Shown here piece by piece: positions 60,304-64,000 of a stretch of DNA of 64,000 bases. Each line of letters starts with the position of its first letter. Positions within the stretch are counted from its first letter, which is position 1. Below the pieces are notes generated by a model. That model did not search any database and had not been told where the DNA came from. It saw only the letters and a program-made list of their open reading frames with translations. A program made the position numbers and the translations under genes. Origin of the DNA: Calditrichia bacterium (lineage in GTDB: Bacteria > Calditrichota > Calditrichia > JAJRVZ01); the NCBI GenBank assembly GCA_963796965.1, contig CAWCNS010000012.1:61279-125278 (forward strand), written 5' to 3'.

Positions 60304-61452
60304 ATGAGTAAAACAGACCTAGATTATTTGCGCATCCTTCCACCTTTTGAGGATCTTTCCGAGGAAAAATTCGATTCTCTATCTGAGAATATTAAGGTTG
60401 TTAACTTATCCAAGAACCAATCGGTTTTTAAAGCCGGAGAAGAGGGAAACGCGTTTTATGTCATCAAAAGGGGTATGGTGCGGGTGTACATTGAGGCTCC
60501 TGAGAGTGGTGAAAAAATTATCCTCTCAAATCTCTCCGAAGGAGATTATTTTGGCGAGATGGCATTACTCACCAATGGACCCAGGTCTGCTTCAATAGAG
60601 ACGATTACCAATGTTTCATTGTTGTCTCTGGACAAAGAAGGATTTGACCGCATTCTGGAAGAGGATCCGAAGGTATCGATAGCGATATCACATATGTTGA
60701 GTCAACGCTTGATGCAGGCAAATCTTCAGCGGGTAGCATCAGAACAGTTTTATCAGTCTAAAATCTCACCCTCTGGTTCCCTTGAAGATTTTGATATTTT
60801 GGAAGTACTTAAGTTTTGTGAGGAAAATTCATTAACCGGCAAACTAGTATTGGTAAAAGATGATAAATCTGCCCAGATCTCTTTTTTGAAGGGCGTTGTT
60901 CAGAAAGTTGTTATGGACGATTTAGGGGACGCTGAAGCAATGGATGTCCTGACCCTATGGAAAGATGGCAGATTCAAAATTGAACCATCTCTGTTTACTA
61001 TGGAAGAAGAAAAAAAGGATGTGATTAAAGAAGAACCGGTTGCTGCTGAAATGCCCTCCACTGAAATCAAAGAAATTAACATCATTGCTGTTTTAGAGGA
61101 CTTTCTTCAAAATTCATTTATGAGATTAATTGACCTTATCGGATCTCAGCAAATGAATGAGGAAGTATCCCGCGCTAAGGAAAAATGCATCCCTTATTTT
61201 CCAGTACTTGAAAATTGTAATTTTAATGTTGTTCCCAAATTAGAAATAAGTTTAAAAATTACCGGAGATTGGACGGAAAAAGAAACCCTGGCCATTGCTG
61301 TCTTCCTGGAAACCATCATTAAAAATTGTCATGATTTTGTATATGGGATGTCCTTTTTTGATTTAGAAGAGATTGCCGGTGAGAAGGCCGGGCAATTGAG
61401 AAGCATATCTTTTTTTGAATATATGGATAATGCGAGAGAGTTTACATTTTAG
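60304..61452 (+). CDS. Cyclic-nucleotide-binding domain + DUF4388/PATAN-like domain + uncharacterised C-terminal domain (paralog of the upstream gene)
   Basis: GDYFGEMALLTNGPRSASI, then ILEVLKFCEENSLTGKLVL...WKDGRFKIE. The ATG at 60304 lies 1 nt after the upstream stop. Confidence 0.7.
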   Translation: MSKTDLDYLRILPPFEDLSEEKFDSLSENIKVVNLSKNQSVFKAGEEGNAFYVIKRGMVRVYIEAPESGEKIILSNLSEGDYFGEMALLTNGPRSASIETITNVSLLSLDKEGFDRILEEDPKVSIAISHMLSQRLMQANLQRVASEQFYQSKISPSGSLEDFDILEVLKFCEENSLTGKLVLVKDDKSAQISFLKGVVQKVVMDDLGDAEAMDVLTLWKDGRFKIEPSLFTMEEEKKDVIKEEPVAAEMPSTEIKEINIIAVLEDFLQNSFMRLIDLIGSQQMNEEVSRAKEKCIPYFPVLENCNFNVVPKLEISLKITGDWTEKETLAIAVFLETIIKNCHDFVYGMSFFDLEEIAGEKAGQLRSISFFEYMDNAREFTF

Positions 61453-61528
61453 CCACCTCTACAATCTCTCTTGTATTAGTTGTAGAATGTTTGGGCTATT
61501 TGTACAGATCCTCATTGAATTAATACTT

Positions 61529-61641
61529 GTTTCCCCCTTAAAAGGGGCTGTTGCAGTTTAGATAATTATAACAAAAATATGGGATTATCTATTCGAGTAA
61601 GCAAAATCTAATTCCCCCTTTGAAGGGGGGTAGGGGGATGT
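61529..61641 (+). repeat. Repeat family B, copy 2
   Basis: Nearly identical to 63543-63659, by eye differing at only a handful of positions. Confidence 0.9.
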
Positions 61642-61678
61642 GCTAGTGTGCATGAAATCCGATTTATGAATCGTGATT

Positions 61679-61705
61679 GAGACGTCCCAACGGGACGTCT
61701 CTACA
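61679..61705. repeat. GC-rich hairpin GAGACGTCCC-AAC-GGGACGTCTC-TACA (family D, copy 2)
   Basis: 10-bp perfect stem. It lies 9 nt from the 3' end of the minus-strand LOG gene. Confidence 0.7.
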
Positions 61706-61713
61706 TATAATTT

Positions 61714-62472
61714 TTAACCCCTCACATTTTTAATCAGATAATTAAAAGCATCATCCACATCATCTGTGAAATACATCAGATCTAAATCTTCTTTACTAAT
61801 CGTTCCCCATTTAATCATAGCCGGTATATCTAAAACTTCATTCCAATATTCACTGCCATAAATGACGATAGGGATCTGTTTGCCAAGCTTATTTGTTTGT
61901 ATTAATGTTAACACTTCCATTAATTCATCCAGCGTACCAAATCCACCGGGGAAAACAACGACAGCCTTTGCCAGATAAACGAACCAAAACTTACGGATAA
62001 AGAAATAATGGAATTCAAACATTAAATCTTCATCAATATAGGGATTAGGTGTTTGTTCCATGGGGATGCTGATATTTAACCCAACCGATTTACCGCCGGC
62101 AAGGGCAGCTCCTTTATTAGCCGCTTCCATAATCCCAGGTCCACCTCCCGAGCAGATATAATGTTTTTGTTTTTTTGTTCCTTCAATAAAGGACCATTCC
62201 GTTAATTTTTTCGATAATTCGACGGTATCTGTATAATATTGTGCTTGTTTTTTCTGAATTTCATTGTTGGGATCAATCATGGATGGGTTGGGTGTGCGCG
62301 CAGATCCAAAAAAGACTAATAAATTTTTAATATCATATTTCCGGAATCGCATCAGGGGTTCGTTATACTCAGCGAGCATGCGAATGGTCCTGGCATCAGG
62401 ACTGTTTAGGAAATCCTGGTTGCGATAAGCCTTTGGTGGTTTTTTTCCCGAATTCTTCTTTTGATTATTCAT
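61714..62472 (-). CDS. LOG-family (TIGR00730-type) nucleotide phosphoribohydrolase
   Basis: GGGPGIMEAANKGA and PGGFGTLDE motifs. Confidence 0.85.
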   Translation of the reverse strand: MNNQKKNSGKKPPKAYRNQDFLNSPDARTIRMLAEYNEPLMRFRKYDIKNLLVFFGSARTPNPSMIDPNNEIQKKQAQYYTDTVELSKKLTEWSFIEGTKKQKHYICSGGGPGIMEAANKGAALAGGKSVGLNISIPMEQTPNPYIDEDLMFEFHYFFIRKFWFVYLAKAVVVFPGGFGTLDELMEVLTLIQTNKLGKQIPIVIYGSEYWNEVLDIPAMIKWGTISKEDLDLMYFTDDVDDAFNYLIKNVRG

Positions 62473-62604
62473 GTCTGTCCCGGTTGTTTGGTATGATTGT
62501 TTTAGTCACTATAATTTATTAAAATCAAAAACGAATTTAGCAGGCAGTCCCTTTTAAATCAAATATACACCTTTAATTATTCCCGGTAGGAAGGCTGAAT
62601 AATA

Positions 62605-63519
62605 ATGATAAGAAATATCCTGTTAATCTTTATTTTATTGAGTTCCCTCGCTGGCTGTGGCCAAAAGAAAGGAAACCAAGTGGATAATTTTACTATGACA
62701 GAGTTAGAGCATAAAATAAATAATTATATTAAGATGAAGAATGGATTTATCGCTGTTTCAGTACAGTTAACAATCCCAGACCAATACTTAGGTATTAATG
62801 ACACGATATCTGTTCATGCTGCGAGTACGATGAAAGTGCCTGTAATGGCTGAAGTTTTCCGACAGGCAAATCAGGGTGTTTTTAGTCTCGATGATTCTAT
62901 GTTGATAAAAAATGAATTTACAAGTATCATTGATGGCAGCCCCTTTTCATTGGATATTGCAGAGGATGGTGGTGATCGTTTATACGGAATGATTGGTAAA
63001 AAAGAATCTATCAGATCGCTTGTGGATGAGATGATCACCTATAGTGGAAATTTAGCCACTAACTTATTAATTGAAAAAGTAGGGGCCGACAACACTCAGA
63101 AATTTATGGAATCTCTGGGTGCAAAAGATATTCAGGTGTTAAGGGGCGTCGAGGATATAAAAGCATACAGGGCGGGAAAGAATAATACAACCACCGCAAA
63201 AGATTTGTCCATTATCTTTAAATCTATTTTATCAGGAGATGAATGGGAAAAGTCAAGCCGGGAGGACATGCTTAATATTTTACTGGATCAAAAATTTAAA
63301 AAGAAGATTCCGGCAGGTCTGCCAGCAGAGGTTAAAGTCGCCCATAAAACAGGATCGATAACCAAAATCGACCATGATGCCGGTATTATCTTTCCTTCTG
63401 ATAAGGCCCCATATATATTGGTTGTATTGACCAAAGGCTTCGAAAATCATGATGAGGCTCAGGATTGTATTGCGGATATTTCGCGTATGGTATACCAATG
63501 GTATATGAAAGAAGGATAA
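62605..63519 (+). CDS. Class A beta-lactamase-like serine hydrolase, lipoprotein
   Basis: Lipobox LSSLAGC, plus the S-x-x-K (STMK), SGN and KTGS motifs in the expected order. Confidence 0.8.
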   Translation: MIRNILLIFILLSSLAGCGQKKGNQVDNFTMTELEHKINNYIKMKNGFIAVSVQLTIPDQYLGINDTISVHAASTMKVPVMAEVFRQANQGVFSLDDSMLIKNEFTSIIDGSPFSLDIAEDGGDRLYGMIGKKESIRSLVDEMITYSGNLATNLLIEKVGADNTQKFMESLGAKDIQVLRGVEDIKAYRAGKNNTTTAKDLSIIFKSILSGDEWEKSSREDMLNILLDQKFKKKIPAGLPAEVKVAHKTGSITKIDHDAGIIFPSDKAPYILVVLTKGFENHDEAQDCIADISRMVYQWYMKEG

Positions 63520-63542
63520 AATTCTGTAAATAACCTCCGCCA

Positions 63543-63659
63543 TTTCTCCCTCCTTGCTAAAGGGGCTATTACAGTTTAGATAATTATAACAAAAATATGA
63601 GATTATCTATTCGAGTAGGCAAAATCTAATTCCCCCTTTGAAGGGGGGTAGGGGGATGT
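63543..63659 (+). repeat. Repeat family B, copy 3
   Basis: See 61529-61641. Starts 24 nt after the beta-lactamase-like stop. Confidence 0.9.
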
Positions 63660-63692
63660 TATTACACAACTTAAGGGGATGGTAATCTAAAC

Positions 63693-63890
63693 GGACCTCA
63701 CCCCTCAATCCCCTCTCCTGAAAGGCGAGGGGAAGGAGATCAAGCCAATAATAAAACGTGTCCACCAACATGTGAATCCGCCTAAGAGTGCGAATACAAA
63801 CCTAGCTGCAGGATGCACACATCACATCTCCCCTCTCCTCGCAGGAGAGGGGTCGGCCCGAGACGCGCTACGTTGTAAGGGGAGAGGTCC
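63693..63890 (+). repeat. Repeat family C, copy 2
   Basis: GGACCTCACCCCT...CCCCTCTCCTGAAAGGCGAGGGG...[different core]...GGAGAGGGGTCGGCCCGAGACGCGCTACGTTGTAAGGGGAGAGGTCC. Confidence 0.85.
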
Positions 63891-64000
63891 CAAGACAACA
63901 TTAAGCATACTCACATTGTTAACCATTTTCAAATCAATGATTGCTTTATAAGGAATGTGATAATTCAGACACGCCTCCCGAATACGGGATTTTCAATCAG

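Noticed and set aside
63891-64000. Possible 3' end of a minus-strand gene entering from the right edge (…LIENPVFGRRV*)
   Set aside because: Only 11 codons are visible, which is too short to support a call.

Overview
Visibly AT-rich bacterial chromosomal segment with about 55 protein genes. I found no rRNA, tRNA, CRISPR array, transposase or integrase. Gene content points to an anaerobic member of the FCB-type lineages, because type IX secretion C-terminal sorting domains and a PorV-like barrel are present; this lineage call is inference only.

Main blocks, in order:
- hypF(partial)-hypD-hypE hydrogenase maturation genes.
- A CheY-like regulator, a TPR protein and a sigma-54 enhancer-binding protein.
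- dnaE-dtd-PASTA-rpe.
- A T9SS-related barrel and secreted proteins.
- yicC-gmk-coaBC.
- A complete rnfCDGEAB + rseC operon with a sigma-54-type promoter candidate.
- A mevalonate-pathway cluster: mvaD, phosphomevalonate kinase, a fused HMG-CoA reductase/mevalonate kinase, and idi.
- A broken gamma-glutamyltransferase and a lipoprotein amidase.
- selB-selA.
- corC-ybeY-pgpH-like-ClC, then eno-ftsB.
- Two tandem cNMP-binding/DUF4388-like signalling proteins.
- A LOG-family protein and a class A beta-lactamase-like lipoprotein.

Two window-wide features stand out.
1. Intergenic regions hold several families of GC-rich, hairpin-forming repeats. Most sit right after stop codons. Some have conserved ends around a variable core, and there are 7-nt periodic AATT arrays.
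2. At least ten conserved genes are interrupted by single-base frame shifts. The conserved protein continues in another frame in dnaE, rnfA, selA, ggt, pgpH-like, NFACT and a TAT-signal oxidoreductase, among others. Assembly indels are the most economical explanation, so ORF boundaries here need care.

I recognised no classical defence or mobile system. The most unusual candidates are the HMGR-MVK fusion, the modular repeat families, the repeat inserted between rnfA and rnfB, and the tandem cNMP/DUF4388 pair.
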